A DNA stretch of 64,000 bases from Escherichia phage phAPEC8, in sequence record NC_020079.1. One strand, given 5' to 3'. The position numbers and the translations under genes were made by a program. Shown piece after piece: positions 10,028 through 19,813 of the stretch. The notes beneath the pieces are model-generated. The model was not told the DNA's origin and searched no databases. It worked only from the letters and a program-made list of their open reading frames with translations. Within the stretch, counting starts at the first letter, position 1; every line of letters starts with the position of its first letter.

Positions 10028-10033
10028 TAAATA

Positions 10034-10060
10034 AAGGGCAGAAATGCCCTTTTTATCATT
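10034..10060 (+). terminator. rho-independent terminator after tube gene
   Basis: Stem AAGGGCA/TGCCCTT with GAAA loop followed by TTTTATCATT. Confidence 0.55.
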
Positions 10061-10072
10061 AGAGAGGAAAAT

Positions 10073-10555
10073 ATGTCACAAGAACAAGATAACACAATTC
10101 AAAAATATGCTCGACCAGAAGAAGTAGTTGAGATTCCGTTAGATGGAAACAGATCTGTTACTTTCCGTATTATGAAGTGGAGTCCATCTAAAGTGTTTGA
10201 CAGGATTCCAGAATTAGGTAGTGTTCTGGTTGTTCCTATGACTATGTATAGCACAGCAACAATGTCCGCAGACGAAGACCTTGAGTCACGTATTGCTATG
10301 GCACTGATCCAACTTTTTGCAGGTTTGGAAGAAAAGAATTTAACTGTCTTTTTGCGTAAAATTTTAGATGAGGTTTATACTCAAGACGGTTATAACGTTG
10401 CAGAAAATTTTGATGAATTATTTATGGCTCACCCAGAACTAGTGTTAGATCTTACGGCTAAAGTTCTGGAGGTAAACTACGGCCCTTTTTTCAAACGAGG
10501 TTTCGGAAAACTGTTCACACAGCTTCAGGCGATGACGAGTTTAGCAGCAAATTAA
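10073..10555 (+). CDS. tail assembly chaperone (G-like, zero-frame product)
   Basis: 160-aa ORF directly upstream of the tape measure gene; contains slippery heptamer T_TTT_TTC near its 3' end with an open -1 frame continuing downstream. Confidence 0.55.
   Translation: MSQEQDNTIQKYARPEEVVEIPLDGNRSVTFRIMKWSPSKVFDRIPELGSVLVVPMTMYSTATMSADEDLESRIAMALIQLFAGLEEKNLTVFLRKILDEVYTQDGYNVAENFDELFMAHPELVLDLTAKVLEVNYGPFFKRGFGKLFTQLQAMTSLAAN
10486..10492 (+). other. programmed -1 ribosomal frameshift slippery site (T_TTT_TTC)
   Basis: Heptamer in X_XXY_YYZ register relative to the 10073 frame (codons CCT TTT TTC AAA); the -1 frame is open from 10462 to the stop at 10819-10821. Confidence 0.5.
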
Positions 10556-10821
10556 CACCTGCGATTGAACATGCTATCGACACAGCAACGAAAACCCTTA
10601 CTTTGAAGTGGTATGAGGTTATTCTTTGCAAAGTCGTTAAAGATACCTCGGAAACACTGAAAACATTGGATAACTACGGTGTAGATTATCTTTTAAAACT
10701 ATATGAGTATTTAACATACGAAGAGTATGTTGAAGCCATGTATGTTAAAGACACTTCAATAAAGAGAAAACATCAAAACCAGACAAATAAAATGTCAGAT
10801 TTGTTTAAGAAACTTGTTTAA
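10489..10821 (+). CDS. tail assembly chaperone -1 frame extension (GT-like fusion, C-terminal part)
   Basis: After a -1 slip at 10486-10492 translation continues ...PFFQTRFRKTVHTASGDDEF... to 10821, giving a fusion of about 250 aa; track ORF 10603..10821 is the tail of this frame. Confidence 0.45.
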   Translation, partial: FQTRFRKTVHTASGDDEFSSKLTPAIEHAIDTATKTLTLKWYEVILCKVVKDTSETLKTLDNYGVDYLLKLYEYLTYEEYVEAMYVKDTSIKRKHQNQTNKMSDLFKKLV

Positions 10822-10841
10822 TCCAACACGAGGAACATACT

Positions 10842-12830
10842 TTGTTAGAAATTAACGCCTCCAAAATTAGTAACGTGGTTACGTTTAAGGTGGACAAGAA
10901 CAGTCTCAAGGAAGCAAAAGATGCCGTGTTGAGTGTTCAGAAGTTTGCAAATAAAATGCAACCCACTATGAACATGACCAAGTTTAGACAGCAAATGAAA
11001 GAGATTGAGCGTGAACTTAAGAAAGCTCAAACTCAAAGTCAAAAACCTATGCGAGCACCTACTCCCGCTGGAGCGGGTGCTCCTGTAGGAGGATCTGGTA
11101 GACCTAGAACTCCTAAAACCCCGCAAGGAAGAGAAGAAGAAAAAGCTCGTAAAGCTGCTGAACGCGAAGCTAAAGCAGCAGCACGTAGGGAAGATTTAGG
11201 TAATCTTCGTTTGCAGAACTTTAACTATCGAGCAAGAGCATTTAGTAAAGCTAGTCCTGGCGCTATGCAAGAAGCTAGAGACGTTATGGGTAAAGCTGTA
11301 GAACAATACAAAAAGGGTGAAATAACTCTTCAACGTATGAACCAAGCTCTTGCTCACCAGTTAGATGCCTTACGCAGATCTCATCGTGAAAAGAATGCTG
11401 AAATAGAAGACGAGGTTCGCGGTCGTCGCCGTATTCGTAGAGAGCTAGAAGCAGAAGCTAAAATGCGTATACGTATGCGAAATCGTGAACTTAGAGATAT
11501 AGAACGCAACCGTAAGCGTGAATTAGCTCAACAAAAACGTGATCGTGATCGTCGATATGGACAATTAAAAGAAGGTGCAGCAGGTCTTAATCCACGCATG
11601 ATTGCATCCTCTTTAATAGGTGCTGGGCTGTTTGCAGGTGGTTCTGTAGTTGGTAACACGTTGATGAATACTAACGAAAGAATTAAACTTGTAAGTCGTG
11701 GTGCTGAAAACGTTCAGACAAACGCCAACGCTATTTTGGCAATGACAGCTTGGGGTGAACAGAACGGTGTAGACTCTGCAAATATTATTAAGTCAATAGA
11801 TAATATTAAAGACGTTCGTGAACGTCTTGGTAATACAGTTTTAGCCTCAAAATGGAATGAGAAAGAAGGGAAGTGGAAAGGCGGTGATAATGGCATAAAT
11901 GACATTATGAACTTGTTTGGATGGAATCCAGAACAGCTTAAACCTTTACAGAACGATCCTTTAGCTTTTATTCAGGCTACTGTTAATGAAGGTGAGCGTC
12001 GAGGTATGAACTCTGCTCAAATCGGGCGACTTCTTGAAAACCTTGGTGATGACCTTATGCACTACCAACGTATGTTTAGTAAAAACGGCGAAGGGTATAA
12101 TGAAGTATTGAAAATGCTTCAAAGAACAGGTGCAACATTAACTCAAGAACAAATAGATGCTTCTAAAGAGTTTACTCGTTTTGCTGCAACAGTTCAGCTT
12201 GTAGGTCAAGGTATGCAGAACCATTTCTTAGAGGGTTTTGTAAAAGCTTTACCTAAAGATGATTCTTGGTTGGATAACGTTAAAGTGCTAGATCAGTTCG
12301 CCAAAGATTTAGGTGAAGAACTTGGTAAAACAACAGTTCAACTTGGTGGTTTTGCTAAAGAATTAGGAGATGGTTTCGGATCTTTTACCAATTGGCTTAA
12401 AGAAACATTCCCAGATACCTTCGGAGACAACACAGATCCTAATAAATCTTTGGCACAAAAAGCATACGAGGCAACGCAAAGTGGAGACAGCAATCCTGTA
12501 GCAGATTGGTTGTACAATTTAACAGGTATTGATACACAAGATATTGGTCGTATGTGGAGAGGAGAAGAAACAAGGACACGTGCTTTTGGATTTGGTAATC
12601 CTCTTGAAGATTTACGTGAATCAGCCTATACACCTAACGTAAGTTTGGCTCGTAATCAACCTGTTGTTGAGAATACGGTAGCAATACCAAGTGATCTTAT
12701 CAAAGTTACGATCAGCCCTTCTTCAGAGTTTGGAAATATTCTTGATGCAAGAATTCAAAATAGCGGAAATAGCATTTTCCAACGTTTGTCTCTTTCAACT
12801 CTAAGTGGACAATCTAACACTGGTGGTTAA
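10842..12830 (+). CDS. tail tape measure protein
   Basis: 662 aa; charged helical repeats (EEKARKAAEREAKAAARRED, RRRIRRELEAEAKMRIRMRNRELRD) and Gly-rich hydrophobic segment; located immediately after the frameshifted chaperone pair; followed by a strong terminator. Confidence 0.7.
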   Translation: MLEINASKISNVVTFKVDKNSLKEAKDAVLSVQKFANKMQPTMNMTKFRQQMKEIERELKKAQTQSQKPMRAPTPAGAGAPVGGSGRPRTPKTPQGREEEKARKAAEREAKAAARREDLGNLRLQNFNYRARAFSKASPGAMQEARDVMGKAVEQYKKGEITLQRMNQALAHQLDALRRSHREKNAEIEDEVRGRRRIRRELEAEAKMRIRMRNRELRDIERNRKRELAQQKRDRDRRYGQLKEGAAGLNPRMIASSLIGAGLFAGGSVVGNTLMNTNERIKLVSRGAENVQTNANAILAMTAWGEQNGVDSANIIKSIDNIKDVRERLGNTVLASKWNEKEGKWKGGDNGINDIMNLFGWNPEQLKPLQNDPLAFIQATVNEGERRGMNSAQIGRLLENLGDDLMHYQRMFSKNGEGYNEVLKMLQRTGATLTQEQIDASKEFTRFAATVQLVGQGMQNHFLEGFVKALPKDDSWLDNVKVLDQFAKDLGEELGKTTVQLGGFAKELGDGFGSFTNWLKETFPDTFGDNTDPNKSLAQKAYEATQSGDSNPVADWLYNLTGIDTQDIGRMWRGEETRTRAFGFGNPLEDLRESAYTPNVSLARNQPVVENTVAIPSDLIKVTISPSSEFGNILDARIQNSGNSIFQRLSLSTLSGQSNTGG

Positions 12831-12837
12831 TAAAATA

Positions 12838-12859
12838 CCTCGCTTCGGCGGGGTTTTTT
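12838..12859 (+). terminator. rho-independent terminator after tape measure gene
   Basis: Stem CCTCGC/GCGGGG with UUCG tetraloop (12838-12853) followed by T6 (12854-12859). Confidence 0.6.
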
Positions 12860-12867
12860 CGTTTCCC

Positions 12868-12897
12868 TTGACACGAAGTTTCTATATGTGTTACAAT
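12868..12897 (+). promoter_or_regulatory. sigma70-like promoter, TTGACA-N18-TACAAT with TG extended -10
   Basis: TTGACA 12868-12873, 18-nt spacer, TGtTACAAT ending 12897; sits between the terminator and the next gene start at 12957. Confidence 0.4.
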
Positions 12898-12956
12898 AAT
12901 CAATATGGGAAGATCTTGCATCTTCCTTTTGGCATTATCATTACTACGAGGTTATC

Positions 12957-13658
12957 ATGGCAGCAATGACTCCACAACAGTCGGTGAGAGCCGTCTATAA
13001 GGCAGAACAGGAAATCAACTCTACCGAGAATAAAAATACCTCGGCATCTACTGTAAAGGGTGATAATGGTTTCTGCATTTTAGCAAGTGTTTATAATAGT
13101 TCAAGTGATCAATATATTCAAAACTTTAAAGCAATTACTTTCGATTCAGTCCCTGAAATAGGTGTAACTCGTGAGGCAGATGTTACAAGTTTTCCAGTAG
13201 AATCAGGATCAGATGTAAGTGACCACGTTCAAATAAAAAACAACAGATTTAAACTTTCAGGTATAATTACCGAAACACCAATTCGGCTTATGCGAGATCA
13301 ACTATACAGCGCAGGTGTAAATGGGGCAAGGATTTCTCAAGCAATAGAATATCTAGATCAAATATTTGAGTCAAGACAACCAATAGTTCTTTTGACAGAA
13401 CACAGGACTTTTGAAAATGTTATTCTGAAAGGCTACTCTTATGATTATAAATCTGAATTTGCTATGCAATTTGATTTAGAGTTCGAACAAATTCGTCTAG
13501 TCTCTAAGGCCACTACTAATGCTATTGCTGTAAAAACAGCACCAAATAAGTCAACTGGTGGTGATGTGAAAGGTCAAGTCGCTTCTAATGGTCCTAAGTC
13601 AGATATTACAGTAAGAACTGCTGAAGCTACTAACACCCCAACAAACAACGGAGGTTAA
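12957..13658 (+). CDS. hypothetical tail/baseplate protein
   Basis: 233-aa ORF, first gene after the tape measure; SD GAGG before ATG. Confidence 0.45.
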   Translation: MAAMTPQQSVRAVYKAEQEINSTENKNTSASTVKGDNGFCILASVYNSSSDQYIQNFKAITFDSVPEIGVTREADVTSFPVESGSDVSDHVQIKNNRFKLSGIITETPIRLMRDQLYSAGVNGARISQAIEYLDQIFESRQPIVLLTEHRTFENVILKGYSYDYKSEFAMQFDLEFEQIRLVSKATTNAIAVKTAPNKSTGGDVKGQVASNGPKSDITVRTAEATNTPTNNGG

Positions 13659-13660
13659 TA

Positions 13661-14074
13661 GTGACAACTTATTCTAAAACAACAAGGTCTACAAGTAATA
13701 CAGGCTACAGTGCAGTTTATCTGGAGGACCATTCTACTTATTTTGCATGGTATCTGAAAACTGAAGAGTACCCTGATCAAACATATACAGTTACATTGGA
13801 TGGAGTTGATTATGACATTCGTTTAAGGTGGAACACTAGGGACGAGTCTTGGCAATGTCAGATCGGATTATCTGGAGATGATCCAAGTATAAGTTTCAAA
13901 GTTACAAATGGTTTAGATCTTCTTAAACCTTATAAATATCTTGAAAGTGTGCCAGATGGTCAATTGTATATAGTAGATACAGTTAAGATTAATGGTCGTC
14001 CTGGGTATACAACTACAGGTCGAGATAAACGTTTTGTATTGGTTTATATTGATAACAAACCTAATCAGGCGTAA
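13661..14074 (+). CDS. hypothetical tail/baseplate protein
   Basis: 137-aa ORF tightly packed downstream of the tape measure. Confidence 0.45.
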   Translation: MTTYSKTTRSTSNTGYSAVYLEDHSTYFAWYLKTEEYPDQTYTVTLDGVDYDIRLRWNTRDESWQCQIGLSGDDPSISFKVTNGLDLLKPYKYLESVPDGQLYIVDTVKINGRPGYTTTGRDKRFVLVYIDNKPNQA

Positions 14075-14083
14075 GGAGATAAT

Positions 14084-15094
14084 ATGGCAGAAAGAGAGTA
14101 TACAAAAGCTCCTGCCCCTAATTTAAACAGGGCATACAAATTATTAATTGGTTCTGCCACAAACACAATACAGAAGAGAACTAAGAACTCGGCATTTAAA
14201 TCTACAGTAGATTTGGATACCAAGTTAGGAACAACAGAAAAATCCTCTTCTAATTTGTATTTGTTGCAAGACCATCAAATAACCTTCAGTATTAAGAAAG
14301 ATAATAACAAAGATCCTAACCAAGCAGAGATTGTAGTTTATAACCTTTCGGATGATACTGTTAACTATATAAACCGTGGTATCCGAAATAACTTGGCTGT
14401 TGCTTTAGCGGTAGGATACGAAGGTGAAGAGTTGGTTATGGTCTTCAAAGGAACTATCCAGTGGGTTAGTGATACTTTTGACTCGGTAGACAGGAAAACC
14501 ACTTTACACTGTTTGGATGGCGGTATTAACATTGCAGAAGCAAGAACAAGCCGCAGTTATCCAAAAGGAACTAAAATCAAACGTGTTGTGACAGATTTGG
14601 TAAAGGATTTAGGAACTACAGAAGGTAATATACACGTAGATAATGATCAAACCTTATCCTCAGCAACAGCTATGTGTGGAAACACTTCACATTACCTAGA
14701 ACATATTTGTAAAAGTATTGATCACAATGTGTCAATACAAGATGGATCTGTTTATGTCACTCCTCGTTCACAAATGTCTAGTGCACGTAGCGCCTACATT
14801 AGCCCTGAAACTGGTCTGATAGGAAGTCCAGAACCATTCCACAACGATATAAAACCTACTAAAAAAGTTACCAAGTCATCTAAGAAGGCAAAGAAACCTA
14901 CAGATGGTGTTAAATTCAAATGCCAAATGAATGGTGCAATATTACCAGAAAAAACAATCTGGTTAAAAAGCCGAGATTATGATGGTCCATTTAAAGTTGT
15001 TTCTGTTTCTCACAATGGTGATAAAGAGGGTAAAGAGTGGGTTACTGAAGTGGAGTGTGTATCCGTGTCTGAAATAATGACTAAGGAGAAATAA
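14084..15094 (+). CDS. baseplate hub-like protein (putative)
   Basis: 336-aa ORF preceding the gpV-like spike gene; assignment by position only. Confidence 0.35.
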   Translation: MAEREYTKAPAPNLNRAYKLLIGSATNTIQKRTKNSAFKSTVDLDTKLGTTEKSSSNLYLLQDHQITFSIKKDNNKDPNQAEIVVYNLSDDTVNYINRGIRNNLAVALAVGYEGEELVMVFKGTIQWVSDTFDSVDRKTTLHCLDGGINIAEARTSRSYPKGTKIKRVVTDLVKDLGTTEGNIHVDNDQTLSSATAMCGNTSHYLEHICKSIDHNVSIQDGSVYVTPRSQMSSARSAYISPETGLIGSPEPFHNDIKPTKKVTKSSKKAKKPTDGVKFKCQMNGAILPEKTIWLKSRDYDGPFKVVSVSHNGDKEGKEWVTEVECVSVSEIMTKEK

Positions 15095-15828
15095 TGGATG
15101 CATTGAATTTTGTCACAGCAATGCGTGGCTTAATGACAGAACAATTAGCAGAAGTCCATACAGCCTTGCCAGTCCGTGTGACTGGCGTTAATTATGGTGC
15201 TAAAACTGTCACTTTAGAATCTATTGTTAAAAACACACGATCTAGTGAAGATGAAATAGATTACCCTACTTTTGAAGATGTTCCTTTTATGGTTAATGGC
15301 GGGGGGACAGGAAGAATCTCATTCCCTATTAAAGCTGGTGATTTAGGAACTGTTATATTTTCTGAAAGAGATCCTTCTAATGCACTGCAAACTAGTGGGG
15401 AAACCTCTTCATCATCCACTTTTATGCAGCCTTGTGGATTATACCCTATTTGTTTTATTCCCAAAATAGCTACAGGAACAGATTCAACAGAAGCTGTAGA
15501 TTCTGAAAAGGTAGTTATTTCTAATAACAAAAACACGTACGCTTCTTTCGACCCTACAGGTAATATTTCAATATGGAATAGTCAAGGGATGAAAATAGAT
15601 ATTACTACCTCTGGTATTACTATTACAGATGGCACAGGGACTTTGGATCTAAAAGGTGGTAATTTAACTTTCAAAGGCGGCGTAGCAGATATTAATGGTC
15701 TTAAAATAGATCAGAACGGTTTGATGACAGATGGTAATGGCATCGGATTCCATACTCACACGCACACGGTTCGTAACATTCAGAGCGGTAGCTCAAGTGC
15801 CGAGTCCTTAAAACCAACAGGAGCCTAA
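15094..15828 (+). CDS. baseplate spike protein, gpV/Mu gp45-like (putative)
   Basis: 244 aa; N-terminal pattern ALPVRVTGVNYGAKTVTL...GRISFPIKAGDLGTVIFSERDP resembles the OB-fold of gpV-type spikes; His-rich HTHTHT near the C-terminus. Confidence 0.5.
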   Translation: MDALNFVTAMRGLMTEQLAEVHTALPVRVTGVNYGAKTVTLESIVKNTRSSEDEIDYPTFEDVPFMVNGGGTGRISFPIKAGDLGTVIFSERDPSNALQTSGETSSSSTFMQPCGLYPICFIPKIATGTDSTEAVDSEKVVISNNKNTYASFDPTGNISIWNSQGMKIDITTSGITITDGTGTLDLKGGNLTFKGGVADINGLKIDQNGLMTDGNGIGFHTHTHTVRNIQSGSSSAESLKPTGA

Positions 15829-15829
15829 C

Positions 15830-16456
15830 ATGGGAATCCCTTTTGACTTAAAACTTGGACCAAACAACGACCTCATCATGGATGATGGGGATTTGGTCCT
15901 CACTACAACCAGAACAGAAATTGCAGCACAAACTCTTGGGATAACTCTGAACACGTATCGTGGGGAGTGGTTTTTAAATACTAACTTCGGTGTTCCTTAC
16001 TTACAAGAGATTATTGGTGTTGCTAGAAAGAAAGATATTGTAGACAGAATATTTTTAGCAGAGATTGCCAAAAACGTTTACATAGATACAATAAACAGTT
16101 ATAAATCTGCTTATGATATGGATCAACGTTATTACTCAATGACAGTTATGGTCACAGTTGGAGCAGATACAGTAACATCTATATTCAATACTCAACCTTC
16201 TGAAGAGTTTATTTACCCTGAAGCTGGTGAAGACAATGCAGCGATCATTTGTGAAGCTTACAGTATTGTTGAGAATTCGAATAGACTTTATCGCTTTATC
16301 AACTTTGTTGGTTTGCCACGTGATACCTACTCTACTTGGTGGAATGAATGGTCTACAGAGTCAGCAGTGGAAAGAATCATGGTTAACGAAAAAGGTGATG
16401 CATTAGCTACAAACAATAATTTCGGTATAACAGCTATGACAGGAGTAGAAGAGTAA
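15830..16456 (+). CDS. baseplate wedge protein, gp25/gpW-like (putative)
   Basis: 208 aa; N-terminal segment DLKLGPNNDL...TLGITLNTYRGEWFLNTNFGVPY resembles the GPW/gp25 signature. Confidence 0.4.
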   Translation: MGIPFDLKLGPNNDLIMDDGDLVLTTTRTEIAAQTLGITLNTYRGEWFLNTNFGVPYLQEIIGVARKKDIVDRIFLAEIAKNVYIDTINSYKSAYDMDQRYYSMTVMVTVGADTVTSIFNTQPSEEFIYPEAGEDNAAIICEAYSIVENSNRLYRFINFVGLPRDTYSTWWNEWSTESAVERIMVNEKGDALATNNNFGITAMTGVEE

Positions 16457-16929
16457 TGGCAGATTTAACTACGATCAAAATTTCTGATCTTACACAAACA
16501 ACCTCTGTGTCTGATACAGATTTCTTTGTAACAGATCAGGCTGGAATAACAAAGAAAACTTCTTTGAAAGTGCTGTTGAGTGGTGCAGGGGTAACTAGAA
16601 ACCGTTTAAATGCACGTGGAACAGTAACTAGCACCTTGGCATTAGATATTAGTTCAGCAGAATATTTTTCGGCAACTTTATCTTCTGCAACATGCACAAT
16701 TAGTTTTACTAATATTCCAGTAGCAACAAATGCAGTTTTAAACTTTACTTTAGCTTTGCGTCAAGGAAGTGGTGCAAATAAAGTTGTATGGCCTTCTTCT
16801 GTAAAATGGAGTTTTGGTCGTTCCCCAGTTTTGAGTTATCGTCAAGGTGCAACAGACACTTTTGAGTTTATCAGTTATGATAATGGTGCAACTTGGACAG
16901 GTAGCTTAGTTTTAGCAGGAGTTATTTAA
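16456..16929 (+). CDS. hypothetical baseplate protein
   Basis: 157-aa ORF; start overlaps the preceding stop (ATGG junction). Confidence 0.45.
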   Translation: MADLTTIKISDLTQTTSVSDTDFFVTDQAGITKKTSLKVLLSGAGVTRNRLNARGTVTSTLALDISSAEYFSATLSSATCTISFTNIPVATNAVLNFTLALRQGSGANKVVWPSSVKWSFGRSPVLSYRQGATDTFEFISYDNGATWTGSLVLAGVI

Positions 16930-19805
16930 TGTCAAGAGTTAAGCACAATATTGACAACACGTTTCAGTTGATTGAAGGGTTGGTTCAGTTTTTGGAAAGA
17001 AATACTGGGCTTACCATAGATCCTACGGTTCAGCATTACATTATCAACCCACAAAACGTATTGGCGAACAACAGACACTTTATTAACTGGACAGCGCAGG
17101 AAGGGCAACCAAACGGTGACGCTACTACCGAAGGTCAATCTGTGCTTATCACTGGTTTTGCCTATGCATATTTGGCTACAGGGGATAAAAAATATCTTGA
17201 ATCTGCCGAGAAGTATTGGCAAGCCTATATAGATCACTTCTTCGGGGGCCAACCTATTCCTGATCCTCCGGCTAAATATCGTCCCAACTGGATCATCAAT
17301 GGTAAAGAACCACGTTTAGCACATTACCCTCTCACAGATGATGGGTATCCTACGCACGGTGGGTTCAAAGGTAGCATGATGACTTGGATTAACGGAAGGA
17401 CTGTTATTCCTAAAGGTGCACCGCATTGGGGGGAATACTTAGATAAAGCTTGGTTTGCTTTCAATGGCAATCTTGGTTGGAACTCCGTTAACGCAACAGT
17501 TTATGCAACTAACCCAGATGGTTCAACCAACTGGAAAGAATATGGAGATCAGTGGGACGTTGAATGGATTATAGACCGTCTAGGACGTAAAGTTGATTGG
17601 GATGGTAACATTTTATCTACTGGTCATAGCTTTGCAGAATATGGAACAGTACAACTTAAAAATGCTTCTGTGAACGGGGACTATAAATTCAACTACGCTA
17701 CATGCAATCCTGTAGAACACGGTGGATATCTGCTTAAGCGTAATGAGATGTGGCATAACCGTCCTGTAAACGTTCCGGTAGAGTTAGGCTATCAAGATAA
17801 TGCTTCCGATGCTGAAACGTGGTGGTGTGATGCAAACTACTTGATGTATCAGATCACAGGAGAGAGAAAATACTGGCTTTGCTGGCAATCTTCTTTATTG
17901 TTGTGTCAAGACTACTCAAACATCGATATGTTTGATAAATTCTTCCGTAGATCTACGACAGCAATAATTCCTTTTACAGATGGTATCTCGTATGATTACT
18001 CATACCCATCTACAGCAATACCTAAATATTCTCGTGACGAATTAGGATACACAGTAATTCGCCAAGATGTTTCAGCACAAACAACTCTAGAACAACAGGC
18101 AGTTTGGTTCAGAGTAGATCAGAATTCAAAACTGCGTATTGAGTTTCAAGGTGTAGATGATGCAGGGGAAGGTGTTCTTTTCCGTCCAGAGCTAGAATTA
18201 AGCAAAACTAAGAGTGAAACAGACACAGTGACATATCGTTGTGGCTTACCTCTTGGTGCAGCTAATATGACTAAGATGGATATACCTTTATCTAGTTTTA
18301 TGCGCACCGAACCTCCTGGAGGTGGTGTATATATTATTGCTGAACCTAGAATTATTGTTGACTGGGGAAGCAATACTGTGATACAATATAAATATGCAAC
18401 TGGTATTGCTGGGACAAATAGTGATCAGATAGTTTCTGCTAATATGGATTCAGATGGTGGTTTTACTGTTGGGTTTTGGTTAACACCAACTAAAACAGCC
18501 AATTTAAAATCTATTACGTATCGTTCATACGCAGATGATTTTAACATCACTATTACGGATTCCGCAGGTTGGAGATGGTGGGCCATGTTAGAAAAAACAA
18601 ATTCTGCATGGGTTACTAAAGCTTTAAGTCCTGCTGATTTCAAATTAAGCACTTGGCAACCCAATCATAACGACACAGAGACAAAACCTTCGTCAATAAA
18701 CCTGACTGCTGTTGATCAGATCAACATTGCATTGGATTCTGAACCTGCAAATGGCTTGACAGGGGCAATCGATTTTTATTGTGTTAACGATATCCCATCT
18801 TTGTATTCTTCAGCCGCTGGTGATGATTACACAATGTATTTCAGGGTTACAGTTTCATCTGAAAATCCTTATACAGCAAAACTTGGAGATTGTACAATAC
18901 TGGACTATAAACTTGACAGTTTGAATTATACTCCAGGAATCATTCCATTTTCCAATATTAGTGATCCTAACACAGCATTATATGACGGTTGGCGTGGTAT
19001 TCCTTACCCAGGTTATCAATACCCATCCTTATATTGTTTTAAAGGGAGAGATATTGACTGGGTTCGTATGAACAACAGTATAGACTTTTTATATGATTCA
19101 CAAATGTGGTTTTATAATAAGTTTGCCCCTGTGATGCCTGGGCCAATGGCACAAGCTTATGTTTGGGATCGTTGGGATGCTCATAAATACGGAAACAAGA
19201 ATGAGTTCACAATGTATCATTGGAACGATAAAGCTTGGGATGGTTATGAAGCACGAGCATTCTTCTGTGCGTGTCATACAGTATACGAACTGAAGCAACG
19301 AGGAGCAGAAGTTCCTGAAAAACTTTTAACAGTTTGTAAAAACTGGATCAATTATCTGAAGTGGTTCCAGGATAACAACGAAGGAAGAACACCAACAATA
19401 TTTTATCCCAACGGAGAAGTGGCTGCGCCTGTAGATGACTTTACAAGTCACATGTCTGCGCTCTTTATGGCGGGATGTGCTATAATGGGGATGGCTGGAT
19501 ATGATTCAGAAATTCCTAACATTAAAATAGTAGCAGATCGCTGTTTTGAACTTATTCAGGAAAATTATATTGTTCTTGGTCCTAATCACGTTATGAATGG
19601 TTGTTGGAGTGCTGCTCCTAGACCAGACAGTGATAACGGAGTCTTCTTTGGCTTCCACGCCGGAGAGTTGTTACGTGGTTTTGGGTTGTATGCCTTATAC
19701 AAAAAACTTAATCCCCAAAATGCATTACCTGTTTTGGATTCGAGCAATATTCCTGCACTTACTGTTTTGACAATGGCAAACATTAGTGTGGACGTTACCG
19801 AGTAA
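16929..19805 (+). CDS. large tail-associated protein, possible glycan-degrading receptor-binding protein
   Basis: 958 aa; Trp/Tyr-rich segments (ITGFAYAYLATGDKKYLESAEKYWQAY, WWCDANYLMYQITGERKYW) reminiscent of alpha/alpha-barrel glycoside hydrolases; first of three consecutive large tail genes. Confidence 0.35.
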   Translation: MSRVKHNIDNTFQLIEGLVQFLERNTGLTIDPTVQHYIINPQNVLANNRHFINWTAQEGQPNGDATTEGQSVLITGFAYAYLATGDKKYLESAEKYWQAYIDHFFGGQPIPDPPAKYRPNWIINGKEPRLAHYPLTDDGYPTHGGFKGSMMTWINGRTVIPKGAPHWGEYLDKAWFAFNGNLGWNSVNATVYATNPDGSTNWKEYGDQWDVEWIIDRLGRKVDWDGNILSTGHSFAEYGTVQLKNASVNGDYKFNYATCNPVEHGGYLLKRNEMWHNRPVNVPVELGYQDNASDAETWWCDANYLMYQITGERKYWLCWQSSLLLCQDYSNIDMFDKFFRRSTTAIIPFTDGISYDYSYPSTAIPKYSRDELGYTVIRQDVSAQTTLEQQAVWFRVDQNSKLRIEFQGVDDAGEGVLFRPELELSKTKSETDTVTYRCGLPLGAANMTKMDIPLSSFMRTEPPGGGVYIIAEPRIIVDWGSNTVIQYKYATGIAGTNSDQIVSANMDSDGGFTVGFWLTPTKTANLKSITYRSYADDFNITITDSAGWRWWAMLEKTNSAWVTKALSPADFKLSTWQPNHNDTETKPSSINLTAVDQINIALDSEPANGLTGAIDFYCVNDIPSLYSSAAGDDYTMYFRVTVSSENPYTAKLGDCTILDYKLDSLNYTPGIIPFSNISDPNTALYDGWRGIPYPGYQYPSLYCFKGRDIDWVRMNNSIDFLYDSQMWFYNKFAPVMPGPMAQAYVWDRWDAHKYGNKNEFTMYHWNDKAWDGYEARAFFCACHTVYELKQRGAEVPEKLLTVCKNWINYLKWFQDNNEGRTPTIFYPNGEVAAPVDDFTSHMSALFMAGCAIMGMAGYDSEIPNIKIVADRCFELIQENYIVLGPNHVMNGCWSAAPRPDSDNGVFFGFHAGELLRGFGLYALYKKLNPQNALPVLDSSNIPALTVLTMANISVDVTE

Positions 19806-19813
19806 GGGGTAAA

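Noticed and set aside
10603-10821. 72-aa ORF annotated by the track as an independent gene
   Set aside because: Its frame is open upstream to the slippery site T_TTT_TTC; better explained as the -1 frameshift extension of the tail chaperone than as a separate gene starting at TTG.
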